64,000 nt of DNA from Clostridiales bacterium (GCA_015056325.1 SVGL01000003.1:82927-146926); one strand, 5' to 3'. Positions 35,590 to 45,110 are shown, numbered from the stretch's first letter. Made by a program: numbers and translations. Notes: generated by a model from the sequence alone, not told the origin.

Positions 35590-37182
35590 ATGAAGAAGAT
35601 CCTGTCCCTGGTTATGGTGCTCGCGCTGGTCCTCAGCTGCCTGTGCCTCCCTGCCTCTGCTGACGTGAAGTATGACGTCACCCTGCGCGTGGAAGTGTTT
35701 GATCGTTCCATCGCCGGCCTGAACCTGGAAGATTGCTGGCAGCTGCGTTATGCGCAGGAGCATTTCGGCGATCCCAACGGCATCAAGCTGCAGTTCGTGC
35801 CCGTCTCCCGCTGGGAGGAAGGCGACATCCTGACCACCCAGATCTCCGGCGAGACCGCTGCTGACATCTGCATCACCTACAACGGCGACCTGGTCAATTC
35901 CCTGATCGCTGACGAAGGTCTGGTTGCGCTGGATGAGCTGATTGCCGAGTACGGCCAGAACATCAAGGCCTTCCTGGGCGAGAACCTGCTGAGCTACGGC
36001 GCGTTCGATCCCGATGAGGACGGCGAGAAGACCCAGTACACCATCCCCGCCCGTCGTATCTCCGTCGTGAACCAGGGCGCCTTCATCCGCGCTGACTGGC
36101 TCAAGGCCCTGAACATGGAAGAGCCCAAGACCATCGCTGAGCTGGAAGCTTACCTGTACGCTGCCAAGGAAGCCAACCTGGGCGGCAACATGACCATCCC
36201 CTTCAACTACGCGATCTTCACCTCCAACCCCATGTTCGCGATGCGCTACTACATGAGCGCCTTCATCGACTTCGCCAACATCACCGAGGAAGACTGGGTC
36301 GCCCATAAGGACAACCCCGAAATGCTGCCCGGCGCCAAGGAGGCCCTGCGCCTGTTCAACAAGTGGTACCATGACGGCATCCTGTACGAGAACTTCGCGG
36401 TTGATACCGACAGCACCATCGGCGATACCTACATGACCGTTGGTAACTTCGGCTACTTCCTGCAGCAGTACGACCAGCCCTGGCGTACCGACAAGAACTA
36501 CCAGGCTGAAATGGCCAAGAACGTCCCCGGCGCTGAGTGGATCCCCGTCAATGCTTGGGCCAACCTGTACAACGGCAAGACCTACCACGACAACTACGAC
36601 GCTGCCGGCCTGACCATCTTCATCCCCTACTGGGTCAAGAAGGACGTCGCCAAGGCCGCCATCCAGTACCTGGATTGGATGTGCATCCCCGAGAACATGT
36701 TTGCCATGCAGAACGGCGTGGACGGCATCAACTACTTCGGCGTGGACGAGAATGGCCTGCCCCTGAACGCTGCTCCCACCGAGCAGGTTCCGGACGAGTA
36801 CAAGATGCACGTTGGTGACGTTGTGTTCATCTCCAACGGCTACAACTTCGGCGACGACGCCAAGAACGCTGCCTACGTGGCCCGTTCCTTCCCCGGCTAC
36901 GAAGATGTTGTTGCCCAGTCCGTGCTGTACTCCAACACTGACGCCTGGACTCAGCTGAGCTTCACCGTTCCGATCGAGGCTGCCACTGACTACTCCGGCG
37001 CTGTGATGCTGAAGCAGAACGAGCTGATCGCTCAGACCATCGCTTGCGATCCCGCTGAGTTCGACAAGGTTTGGGACGAGTACATCCAGGCCATCAAGGA
37101 CGCCGGCGCTGATAAGGTCATCGAGGCCTACCGTCAGGCTTACAAGGATGGCAACTTCCGCGGCACCTTCCCCACTCCGTAA
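35590..37182 (+). CDS. Large extracellular solute-binding lipoprotein (LplA-type, family 1)
   Basis: Signal/lipobox-like N-terminus MKKILSLVMVLALVLSCLC. 530 aa, the typical size of LplA-type polysaccharide-fragment binding proteins. Confidence 0.85.
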   Translation: MKKILSLVMVLALVLSCLCLPASADVKYDVTLRVEVFDRSIAGLNLEDCWQLRYAQEHFGDPNGIKLQFVPVSRWEEGDILTTQISGETAADICITYNGDLVNSLIADEGLVALDELIAEYGQNIKAFLGENLLSYGAFDPDEDGEKTQYTIPARRISVVNQGAFIRADWLKALNMEEPKTIAELEAYLYAAKEANLGGNMTIPFNYAIFTSNPMFAMRYYMSAFIDFANITEEDWVAHKDNPEMLPGAKEALRLFNKWYHDGILYENFAVDTDSTIGDTYMTVGNFGYFLQQYDQPWRTDKNYQAEMAKNVPGAEWIPVNAWANLYNGKTYHDNYDAAGLTIFIPYWVKKDVAKAAIQYLDWMCIPENMFAMQNGVDGINYFGVDENGLPLNAAPTEQVPDEYKMHVGDVVFISNGYNFGDDAKNAAYVARSFPGYEDVVAQSVLYSNTDAWTQLSFTVPIEAATDYSGAVMLKQNELIAQTIACDPAEFDKVWDEYIQAIKDAGADKVIEAYRQAYKDGNFRGTFPTP

Positions 37183-37225
37183 TTGAAGGTTCGTAACGGA
37201 AAATCCATCACCAAGTGAATCCCCT

Positions 37226-37254
37226 GGGAGCTGCTGAAAGGCAGCTCCCTTTTG
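37226..37254 (+). terminator. Rho-independent terminator of the sugar ABC operon
   Basis: GGGAGCTGC-tgaaag-GCAGCTCCC followed by TTTT. Confidence 0.75.
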
Positions 37255-37279
37255 GTGTCAAGAAAGTGGCAATGCCATT

Positions 37280-37451
37280 ATCTTGAGGTTTTGCACTCAC
37301 TCACTGGTCGGATGGCAAGCCATTCTCACGGCCGTTCGCTCGTGTAAGGAAGCTTTCCTAACGGAAAGCACGAAAATCGCCGCGCATGTCGCCGATTTTC
37401 GATTTGCACTCTGCCGACGGCGGGTTGCTGCACAGATGGATAGCCTGCAAG
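37280..37451 (+). repeat. Family-2 intergenic repeat, copy in the 37.2-37.5 kb spacer (tentative)
   Basis: See 31145-31253. It also contains the palindrome CGAAAATCG-N13-CGATTTTCG. Confidence 0.35.
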
Positions 37452-37467
37452 AGGGCTTAATGGCATC

Positions 37468-37500
37468 AAAAAGCGCGCTCCGTATCGCTGCGGAGCGCGC
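37468..37500 (-). terminator. Rho-independent terminator of the GDPD/MFS operon
   Basis: The minus strand reads GCGCGCTCCG-cagcgata-CGGAGCGCGC followed by TTTTT. Confidence 0.75.
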
Positions 37501-37517
37501 CCTGTGTTTGTATGGTG

Positions 37518-38360
37518 TTACTTGCGGGCCTCAAACTTCTCGAAGATCTGCAGATCCCACTGCTTGCGGTACTTATCCATATCCTCCTGGGAGCGCACCG
37601 TCCAGGCCACGAACCAGGGCTTCATCAGCCGCAGCAGGTGGATGGGGAGGCTGTGCCACTTGACGGACTTGGCTTCAAAGGCGATGAAATCGGGGCGGGA
37701 GGCGAAATTTTGAAGCATGGAGGCGATGCCGATGTTCCGCCAGAACAGGAATGCGGTCTTGCCCTTGCCGGCAGAATCAAAGGCCAGCTGGCCGCGGATG
37801 ACCTCCGGGGCATTCAGACGGAACCACTTGACGGCGTTGGGGCTGAAGCTCTCCAGGCACCAGGGGCCGCTGTAGCGCTTCATGCGGTCATACACCGCGC
37901 GGGCGAGGAGGGCGTGGTTGCCGTCCTCCACCTTGACCTCAACGATCAGGGGGACGCGGCCTGCCAAGGTTTTGAGCACCTCGTCGAAGGTGGGGACGGA
38001 CTCGCCGTTGGGCAGCTTGCAGGCGCGGACTTCCTTGAGGGTGCTCCGGGCGGTGCGGATGTCCTTGCCGGTCAGGCGTTTGAGGCTGTCGTCATGGTGG
38101 ACGACCAGGGCGCCGTCGCGGGTGCGGTGCACGTCCAGCTCGATGCCGTAGCCCTTTTCCACCGCAGCCCGGAAGGCTGCCAGGCTATTCTCAGGCCGGT
38201 TCGTTTCGCCGGGGTCGTTGGTGTTCCACAAGCCGCGGTGGGCGTAGTCAACGCCCAGCAAAGGCGTGATGTCCCGCTTGGGGAGGTTGGGATGGATGGC
38301 CCAGGCGTAGGCCAGCAGAAGAACCAGCAGGGCAATGATCAGCCAGAGAATCCACATCAT
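37518..38360 (-). CDS. Membrane-anchored glycerophosphodiester phosphodiesterase (GDPD family)
   Basis: N-terminal TM helix and GDPD motifs AHRG, ENSLAAFRAAVEKGYGIELDVH and VVHHDDSL. Confidence 0.88.
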   Translation of the reverse strand: MMWILWLIIALLVLLLAYAWAIHPNLPKRDITPLLGVDYAHRGLWNTNDPGETNRPENSLAAFRAAVEKGYGIELDVHRTRDGALVVHHDDSLKRLTGKDIRTARSTLKEVRACKLPNGESVPTFDEVLKTLAGRVPLIVEVKVEDGNHALLARAVYDRMKRYSGPWCLESFSPNAVKWFRLNAPEVIRGQLAFDSAGKGKTAFLFWRNIGIASMLQNFASRPDFIAFEAKSVKWHSLPIHLLRLMKPWFVAWTVRSQEDMDKYRKQWDLQIFEKFEARK

Positions 38361-38374
38361 CGTTCAACCTCCGG

Positions 38375-39679
38375 TCAGTCGTCCACGTCCAGGGCCTCGA
38401 TGCCCTTCTTGGCCTCGGGCTTGCTGTCGCCGTGCCTGACGCGGCTCATGGTCAGCATCGCCAGGGTCAGCATGATGAAGGCGTAGGGGAAGAGCGTCCA
38501 GTAGCCCACATGCTCCAGCAGCGCGCCGGAGAGGATGGGGGTCAGCACCTGCGCCGCCATGGAGAAGGTGTAGTAGTAGCCGGTGTACTTGCCCACGTCG
38601 CTGCCGGAGGCAAGCTCCACGACCATGGGGTAGCTGTTGACGCCGATGGACGCCCAGCCCATGCCCACCAGGGCAAAGAGGATGAACGCCACAAAGGTCA
38701 GCTCCTTGAGCAATCCAGCGCCCAGGAAGGCGATCATCAGCAGGGCAATGCCGCCCATGATCATCTTCTTGCGGCCGATCTTGGAGGATAGCACGCCCAC
38801 GGGCCAGTAGCTGAGGATGGCCACCACCGTGCCCACCAGCAGACAGTTGGCGGCGGTGCTCTTTTCCACCTCAAAGACGGCGATGGCGTACTTGCTGAAG
38901 GCGGTGGTGACGGCGTTGTAGCCCATGAACCACAGGCTCACAGAGGCCAGGATCAGCACCAGGGAGACCAGCTCTGCCTTTTGAAGCTTGCGGGCGGGGG
39001 TGTTTGCCACGGGTGCGGCAGGCTTCTCCGCGTCCAGGCGGCGGTTGATCTCATCGGTCTCCGCGGCCAGACGGCGCTCGGGGATTACGCCGCGGATCAC
39101 CAGCATCGCGGCCATCAGCAGGAAGGCCACAGTCATGAACAGGTAGGTGTAATCGCTCACGGCATTGCCCGCCTCGTCCACGTATTCCCGCAGGAGGATG
39201 TTGGTCAGGGCCAGCATCAGCGCGCCGCCGATGGCGCCCATCAGGTTGATAATGGCGTTGGCCTTGGAACGCAGCGGCTTGGGGGTGACGTCGGGCATCA
39301 GGGCCACAGTGGGGGAGCGGAAGGTCGCCATGACGATCAGCAGCGCCGCCAGCAGCGCCAGGAACACCGGCAGGCTGGCGAACTTCGTCGCGCCGGGGAC
39401 GCACAGCGCCAGCACAGCCGCCAGGAATCCGCCAAAGAGCATGAAGGGCATGCGGCGGCCCATCTTCATCGTGCACTTGTCGCTCAGCGCGCCGAACAGC
39501 GGCAGCAGGAACAGCGCCACGATGTTGTCCATCGCCATGACGGCGCCGGAAGCGGTGTCGCCCAGCTGGTAGGTGTCCTTGAGGATCAGCGGGACGGAGA
39601 AGTCGTAGAGCTGCCAGAATGCGCTGATGGCCATGAAGGCCAGGCCGACCAGGGCGGTGCGTTTGACGTTGAGCTTCAT
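38375..39679 (-). CDS. MFS transporter
   Basis: 12-TM-type hydrophobic profile and the MFS loop motif GALSDKCTMKMGRRMPF. An AGGAGGT sits between two in-frame ATGs, so the second (MKLNVKRT, 39679) is preferred over 39703. Confidence 0.8.
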   Translation of the reverse strand: MKLNVKRTALVGLAFMAISAFWQLYDFSVPLILKDTYQLGDTASGAVMAMDNIVALFLLPLFGALSDKCTMKMGRRMPFMLFGGFLAAVLALCVPGATKFASLPVFLALLAALLIVMATFRSPTVALMPDVTPKPLRSKANAIINLMGAIGGALMLALTNILLREYVDEAGNAVSDYTYLFMTVAFLLMAAMLVIRGVIPERRLAAETDEINRRLDAEKPAAPVANTPARKLQKAELVSLVLILASVSLWFMGYNAVTTAFSKYAIAVFEVEKSTAANCLLVGTVVAILSYWPVGVLSSKIGRKKMIMGGIALLMIAFLGAGLLKELTFVAFILFALVGMGWASIGVNSYPMVVELASGSDVGKYTGYYYTFSMAAQVLTPILSGALLEHVGYWTLFPYAFIMLTLAMLTMSRVRHGDSKPEAKKGIEALDVDD

Positions 39680-39715
39680 GGGGGGGAATACCTCCTGTTT
39701 CATTGGTGGCGGGTT

Positions 39716-40174
39716 TCAAAGCTTCCGCACGGGGAAGCACATGTACGATTTGCCTGTGGCGGGATCGGTGAAGTCGTGGACTGCGCCGGCAAGGCAGAGG
39801 CCCTCGGCAGCGATCATCTCCAGCGTGCGGGGGAAGGCATCGGGGGCGTCACATGCCACGCGGATGTACTCAAAGCCGGGAATATCCCAGCGGGTCCAGC
39901 CTTCAGGCGGCTGGGCGTCATCGCGGACCTCCACGCCGGCCAGGTACAGGCCTTTTGTGAAGCCCTCCTCCCAGGGGCGGAAGGCACGGCTCATGTCGGT
40001 CATCGCGCCCCAGATGCCGCAGAGGGAGCCGTCCTCGTTGGTTTTCGCCAGAGGAGCTACCTCGGAGAAGCGGCTGTTGGCCTTCTCCCACAGGGCCGGG
40101 ATGAAGCCGGGGCCATCCGCCGTGGAACCCTCCATGCCGATGACGGTGAAGGCAGGCTTGATGATGCGTTCCAT
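39716..40174 (-). CDS. GyrI-like small-molecule-binding domain protein
   Basis: 152 aa with the pattern PAFTVIGMEG ... LYLAGVEV ... GW....IP...Y, typical of AraC-effector-binding/GyrI-like domains. Confidence 0.6.
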   Translation of the reverse strand: MERIIKPAFTVIGMEGSTADGPGFIPALWEKANSRFSEVAPLAKTNEDGSLCGIWGAMTDMSRAFRPWEEGFTKGLYLAGVEVRDDAQPPEGWTRWDIPGFEYIRVACDAPDAFPRTLEMIAAEGLCLAGAVHDFTDPATGKSYMCFPVRKL

Positions 40175-40177
40175 CGG

Positions 40178-41245
40178 TCAGTCCTCCTCAATCAGCTTGG
40201 CGAAGGCCATGCGGCCTGCGCTGGTCTGCAGCACGCTGGTGACGGTGACTTCCACCCTGCCGCCGATGTGCTCGCTGCCGCCCTCGACCACCAGCATCGT
40301 GCCGTCCTCCAGGTAGCCCACACCCTGGTGGGGCTCCTTGCCGGGCTTGCTCAGCCGCACGGTGAGCACATCGCCGGCGGCGGTCACGGTGCGCAGGGCC
40401 ACGGCCAGGTCGTTCAGGTTGACGGTAGGGACGCCAGCCACCCGCGCGGCCTTGTGCATCAGGCTGTCAGCGGTGAGGAGGGTCGCATGCTTCTCCCGGG
40501 CGAGAGCCATCAGGGCCACGTCGGTCTCCGCGGGGGCGGGGCCATCGGTGGATTCAATGCGCAGATTCGGCAGGGCCTTCACCGTATCCAGGCCGCGCTG
40601 GCCGCGCACACGCTTTGCTGCATCGGGGGAGGCAGTCATCTCCTGCAATTCTGCGAGGATGAAATCCGCCGTGGCGATCTCGCCGTCGATTACGCCGGTA
40701 CGATGGACGGCGGCAATCCGGCCATCCGTCAGCGCGGAGGTATCCAGCAGCTTCATCGTGGCGCCGGTTTCCTTGCGGACGCGGCCCTCCGCCATCAGGG
40801 AGGCCATGTCCTCCGCTCGGTGGGCGCCGATGGTCAGCCCCAGCACGCCCAGCACCACGTAGAGGATTGCCGACACGGACATGGTGAAGATGGACTCGCC
40901 CAGGAAGTGCAATATCTGCGTCAGGAGCGAAGCCATCAGCAGACCGCCCAGCAGCCAGATCACCATGGAGATCAGCTGGGTGGTGGTGAGGGTATCGGTG
41001 CGTTTCTCCAGCGCGGACATCATGTCCGTCCAGCCGGAGACGATCTTCGGGGCGGTCAGGTGGGCCGCCAGCATACCCAGCGCGCCCATGCCGCCATAGA
41101 GCAGGATCAGCAGCACCAGGGACAGGGGCTCATCGCTGGTCATGTCGTGCACCTGCACGCACAGGAATGCCAGCACCGAGCCTGCGCCCGCGCCCGCCGC
41201 ATACAGCAGCACGCGCAGGAGGTTCTTCAATACTTTGGATTTCAT
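40178..41245 (-). CDS. PIN + TRAM domain membrane protein (YacL-like)
   Basis: N-terminal TM helices, a PIN segment LLDTSALTDGRI, and a C-terminal TRAM-like GGRVEVTVTSVLQTSAGRMAFAKL. It lies next to radA, as in many Firmicutes. Confidence 0.8.
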   Translation of the reverse strand: MKSKVLKNLLRVLLYAAGAGAGSVLAFLCVQVHDMTSDEPLSLVLLILLYGGMGALGMLAAHLTAPKIVSGWTDMMSALEKRTDTLTTTQLISMVIWLLGGLLMASLLTQILHFLGESIFTMSVSAILYVVLGVLGLTIGAHRAEDMASLMAEGRVRKETGATMKLLDTSALTDGRIAAVHRTGVIDGEIATADFILAELQEMTASPDAAKRVRGQRGLDTVKALPNLRIESTDGPAPAETDVALMALAREKHATLLTADSLMHKAARVAGVPTVNLNDLAVALRTVTAAGDVLTVRLSKPGKEPHQGVGYLEDGTMLVVEGGSEHIGGRVEVTVTSVLQTSAGRMAFAKLIEED

Positions 41246-41269
41246 AAAGGTATTTCTCCCGATAATCGC

Positions 41270-42646
41270 TTAGAACAAGACGCTGATGGCCTGCATCACC
41301 GTGTCCACGCCCATGAATTTAATGCCCTCGGGTGTAGCAAGCCGCTTCAGGTTCTCCCTGGGCAGTACGATGGTGGTGAAGCCCAGACGCTGGCATTCGG
41401 CCACGCGGCGGTCACACTGGGGGATGGCTCGCACCTCGCCCGCCAGGCCGACTTCGCCCATGACGGCCACATCCGCGCCAATGGGCATGTCCTTCAGGGA
41501 GGACACCACCGCCATGCACAGCGCCAGATCCGCCGCCGGCTCAGACAATTCCAGGCCGCCGGCCACGTTGATGTACACGTCCTGGTTGTAGGTTTTCTGG
41601 CCCGCGCGCTTCTCCAGCACCGCCAGCAGCAGCGCCACGCGGGAGGCGTCCGCGCCGCCGACCGTCCTTCGGGGTGCGCCGAAGTAGCTGGTGCTGGCCA
41701 GGGCCTGCACGTCGCACAGGAGCGGCCGCGAGCCCTCCAGCCCGCAGAACACCACCGATCCGCTGGCACCCTTGGCCCGGCGGGAAAGCAGCTGCTCGGA
41801 GGGGTTTGTGACCACCTGCATGCCCTTGTCGGTCATCTGGAACACGCCCAGCTCATTCACCGAGCCAAAACGGTTCTTCACCGCGCGCAGCAGGCGGTAT
41901 TCCTGCATCTTGTCTCCCTCAAAGTAGAGCACCACGTCCACCATGTGCTCAAGCATGCGGGGGCCGGCGATGGCGCCGTCCTTGGTGACGTGGCCGACGA
42001 GGAAGATTGCCGTGCCACTCTCCTTGCACAGGCGCATGATGAGGCTGGTGCACTCCCGCACCTGGCTGACGGAGCCGGGAGCAGAGGCCATCTCCGGGCG
42101 GTACATGGTCTGCACGGAGTCGATGACGGCCACGTCCGGCTGGAGCTGGTTCAGCTTTTCTTCCACCGCGTCCAGGGCGTTTTCCGCCAGCACATAGAGC
42201 TGTTCCTCGCGGATGCCCAGGCGGTTGGCGCGGAGCTTCAACTGCTTGGCGCTTTCCTCGCCGGAGACATACAGCACCCGCTTGCCGGCGCGGGCGAGGT
42301 TTGCGCACACCTGCAGCAGCAGCGTCGATTTGCCCACGCCCGGATCGCCGCCGATGAGCATCAGCGCACCCTCGACAATACCGCCGCCCAGCACCCGATC
42401 CAGCTCGGATACGCCGGTGGATGTGCGGACGGTCACGTCCTCGGGGATATCCTTGAGGAGCATCGCTGCCGCACCGGTGCCGGGGCGCTGCTTTGGTGCA
42501 ACTTTCTTTCCGGTGCTTTTAGAAAATGGGTCGAAGACCCCCTCTTCCATGGTGTTCCATGCGCCGCAGCCGGGGCATTTGCCCGTCCACTTGGCGGTCT
42601 CAAACCCGCAGGCGGTGCAGGCAAAGAGCGTTTTTTCCTTGGCCAT
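41270..42646 (-). CDS. radA: DNA repair protein RadA
   Basis: N-terminal zinc finger CTACGFETAKWTGKCPGCGAW, Walker A GGDPGVGKST, KNRFG motif and a Lon-like C-terminus. Confidence 0.95.
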   Translation of the reverse strand: MAKEKTLFACTACGFETAKWTGKCPGCGAWNTMEEGVFDPFSKSTGKKVAPKQRPGTGAAAMLLKDIPEDVTVRTSTGVSELDRVLGGGIVEGALMLIGGDPGVGKSTLLLQVCANLARAGKRVLYVSGEESAKQLKLRANRLGIREEQLYVLAENALDAVEEKLNQLQPDVAVIDSVQTMYRPEMASAPGSVSQVRECTSLIMRLCKESGTAIFLVGHVTKDGAIAGPRMLEHMVDVVLYFEGDKMQEYRLLRAVKNRFGSVNELGVFQMTDKGMQVVTNPSEQLLSRRAKGASGSVVFCGLEGSRPLLCDVQALASTSYFGAPRRTVGGADASRVALLLAVLEKRAGQKTYNQDVYINVAGGLELSEPAADLALCMAVVSSLKDMPIGADVAVMGEVGLAGEVRAIPQCDRRVAECQRLGFTTIVLPRENLKRLATPEGIKFMGVDTVMQAISVLF

Positions 42647-42740
42647 ATGGGGCCTCCTTGATTACGAGCAATTCATATCCTATTTATTATAGCACAGATT
42701 TCGGGCAAAGAAAAGCCCCCCGCCGGAGCGGAGGCGAGGT

Positions 42741-43679
42741 TCATGAATCGTACTCGTAATAGATGAACAGCCCGGTATCCGGGTCGAAGAGGGCGATGAG
42801 CCAGTTGCCTGCCGGGCGGGCTCCGGCTGCCCGCATCACGGCGGGGAAGTCGCTGTTGTCCGGGGTGTATTCAGATACAAAGTCTGGGTGGTCACGGGTG
42901 TAGGTGTTCACGTAGCACCACCAGTCAAAGATAACGTCGTCCGCCGGGTAGAGCTCCGGCAGACTGTAAAACTCATGGTCATGCAGCTGAACGTACTCTG
43001 CATGGGTGACAGCCCCGGCATGCCAGTCGCCGTGGGCGGACAGGGTTGCTTCCAGTGTGGTGCGCTTTTCTTCCGGTACGATCAGCGCCTGATAGGTGGT
43101 GCCGTCCCCCAGGAGGCCGCCGTGGGTCTCCATGGTGTATACATATCCGTCGTGGGGAACGGCCAGCTTGTCTGCGCGGATGGTGCCTGACTTGGGTGCT
43201 TCGCCCTCGCGAAGGTGGACGAACAGACCACTCTCCTGGTCGAAGAATGCCATGTCTTCTGCTGATTCAAACCATGCATCGAATGTCACATCCGGCAGGA
43301 GGAAGGCTGCTCCTGCGGGAATGCGGGCGGCGTAGTCGGCGGCGGAGACGGCTTCAACATGCCAGCCGTCTGTCCCAGCGGCGAGCGCCATAAGGCCCGC
43401 GCGGAGGTCGGTGTTGTCCACGTGGTTGTCGTATTTGGGCATGACGAAGGCCGTCAGCGTGCCATCAATGGTCAGGTCGTGCCATGTGGCATATTCGGTG
43501 TAGGCCGTCAGACCGGTTTCACGCAGGGCAGCTTCTGCATGGTCATCCATGGCGGCGTGCTCGCTTTCCAGCCCGAAGACCATCAGCAGCCCCAGCAGAA
43601 AGGGAATTCCAAAGAACATCATCGTCCCAAGGCCAAGGTATGCGGCGGTGATGCCAATCCATTGCAGCACTTTCTTCAT
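42741..43679 (-). CDS. Membrane-anchored hypothetical protein with an internal domain duplication
   Basis: Track ORF trimmed to MKKVLQWIG (GAAGGAGG RBS). One TM helix and two similar halves ending in FFDQESGLFVHL and LFDPDTGLFIYY. Confidence 0.65.
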   Translation of the reverse strand: MKKVLQWIGITAAYLGLGTMMFFGIPFLLGLLMVFGLESEHAAMDDHAEAALRETGLTAYTEYATWHDLTIDGTLTAFVMPKYDNHVDNTDLRAGLMALAAGTDGWHVEAVSAADYAARIPAGAAFLLPDVTFDAWFESAEDMAFFDQESGLFVHLREGEAPKSGTIRADKLAVPHDGYVYTMETHGGLLGDGTTYQALIVPEEKRTTLEATLSAHGDWHAGAVTHAEYVQLHDHEFYSLPELYPADDVIFDWWCYVNTYTRDHPDFVSEYTPDNSDFPAVMRAAGARPAGNWLIALFDPDTGLFIYYEYDS

Positions 43680-43766
43680 GATAGGACCTCCTTCAGGGTA
43701 CACGAAACACACCTCCCGGAGGGGCGTTTTTGTTCCGGTAGTCAGGCGTTTTCAATTTGCCATATA

Positions 43767-43982
43767 TCAGACTTCGTCGCCCGACTCTTCGTAAATCAGA
43801 ATATCCCCCGGCTGGCACCTGAGCGCCTTGCAGATAGCCTCCAGCGTAGACATGCGCACCGCCTTGGCGTGGCCGTTCTTGAGGATGGAGAGGTTCGCCA
43901 TGGTGATGCCCACCTTCTGGCTCAGCTCCGTCAGGGACATCTTGCGCCGGGCCATCATCACGTCCAGATCAACACGGATCAT
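43767..43982 (-). CDS. Small XRE/Cro-family HTH regulator (YozG-like)
   Basis: 71 aa with MSLTELSQKVGITMANLSILKNGHAKAVRMSTLEAICKAL. The ATG overlaps the upstream stop (ATGA). Confidence 0.88.
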   Translation of the reverse strand: MIRVDLDVMMARRKMSLTELSQKVGITMANLSILKNGHAKAVRMSTLEAICKALRCQPGDILIYEESGDEV

Positions 43983-44428
43983 ACAACGCCCTCCTGTTCC
44001 TTTTCGATAGCCATGGCGTGGCGCAGCAGGCCCCGCAGGATCTCCGCCACAACGGCGACCGCCAGGAAGAAGCCCGGCAGCAGGACCCGTTCAATCAGCA
44101 GGAAGCCCTCGGCGCGGCTGCCGGCCACAAGGGCGCTGACCAGGGAGATGATCGCAAGGCATGCCATGCATCCGCCGATGACGGACAGGGCGTTTCCGAC
44201 GGCAGGGGTGAAGGCAGACTTTCCCCGGCGCAGACGCACGCACAGGGCGAAGAACTCGCCCCAGGCCACGCTCCACAGCACAAAGCCGACGGCAGGCAGG
44301 AGGCGGAGCTTGCCTTCCATGGGGGCGCCCAGGACGATGCCCAGGTACACGCCGACGCCGATGGCAGCCACCGAGGCGACCATCAGCAGCGTGAAGAGAA
44401 ATTTCAAACTGGGGAAGGGCTTTTTCAT
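43979..44428 (-). CDS. DUF2975-family membrane protein, copy 2
   Basis: 149 aa, 4 TM helices. Positioned directly upstream of a YozG-like HTH gene, which is the usual DUF2975 context. Confidence 0.7.
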   Translation of the reverse strand: MKKPFPSLKFLFTLLMVASVAAIGVGVYLGIVLGAPMEGKLRLLPAVGFVLWSVAWGEFFALCVRLRRGKSAFTPAVGNALSVIGGCMACLAIISLVSALVAGSRAEGFLLIERVLLPGFFLAVAVVAEILRGLLRHAMAIEKEQEGVV

Positions 44429-44440
44429 AGGGACGCCTCC

Positions 44441-44959
44441 TCACACGGTCAGGTCGTTCTCGGTCTGCATGGTCAGGGCGCGGCGCATCAGTAGCTGCAC
44501 GGCGCGCACCATGGCCGCCAGGGTCAGCAGCAGGAAGGGCAGCAGCAGGCGCTCCACGATGGGGGAGATGGCCGGCAGGTCCGTCAGCAGGAAGGGCACC
44601 ACGCTGTCGCCGAAGAGCAGCGCGATCAAACCTGCCAGCAGCATGCCCAGGGTAATGCGGCCCAGGCTCTTTTCGTTCTTCTCGCAGAAGGCAGAGGCCT
44701 TCTTTACCCGGCCGCAGATGCCGATGGCCTCCATGCCCACGCAGACCAGACAGGCGCCGATGGCTGCATCCCGCAGACAGAGCAGGGTGGAGGGGCTCAG
44801 CAGGGCAAAGGTGCTGTCCTGGAGCATGTCCGCCTGCTCGGCGTAGGTGAAGAGCACAAAGGCGGGCGTGAAGAAGAAGAACAGCACGACCGCAATGGTC
44901 AGCAGACACAGCAGCTGTGCCAGGGTGAGCAGCGCCTTGGGACGCTTGGGGGTCTTCAT
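44441..44959 (-). CDS. DUF2975-family membrane protein, copy 1
   Basis: 172 aa, 4 TM helices, and a characteristic C-terminal tail ending ENDLTV. Confidence 0.7.
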   Translation of the reverse strand: MKTPKRPKALLTLAQLLCLLTIAVVLFFFFTPAFVLFTYAEQADMLQDSTFALLSPSTLLCLRDAAIGACLVCVGMEAIGICGRVKKASAFCEKNEKSLGRITLGMLLAGLIALLFGDSVVPFLLTDLPAISPIVERLLLPFLLLTLAAMVRAVQLLMRRALTMQTENDLTV

Positions 44960-44995
44960 GGAGGATGCCTCCCTTCGGAGTGGTTCATTGCTGAT

Positions 44996-45024
44996 AGTGT
45001 AGCACGGCCGGTGGCGAATGTCAA
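44996..45024 (-). promoter_or_regulatory. Candidate promoter of the DUF2975-DUF2975-XRE operon
   Basis: The minus strand reads TTGACA, 17 nt, TACACT about 35 nt upstream of the ATG at 44959. Confidence 0.5.
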
Positions 45025-45069
45025 TGCGGAATTATTGAGGAACGATAACAGATCGTCCGGCTGGGCAGC

Positions 45070-45094
45070 AAAAAGGAGCGGGCAGAGCCGCTCC
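45070..45094 (-). terminator. Rho-independent terminator
   Basis: The minus strand reads GGAGCGG-ctctgc-CCGCTCC followed by TTTTT, downstream of the 45111 stop. Confidence 0.6.
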
Positions 45095-45110
45095 GATAAC
45101 AAAGGCGTTC

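Noticed and set aside
38981-42661. 1226-aa plus-strand ORF, the longest ORF in the window
   Set aside because: It is antisense to four well-supported minus-strand genes (MFS, GyrI-like, YacL-like, radA). Its composition is Gly/Ala/His/Arg/Gln-rich low complexity, typical of GC-rich shadow frames. It has no RBS and no recognisable motifs.
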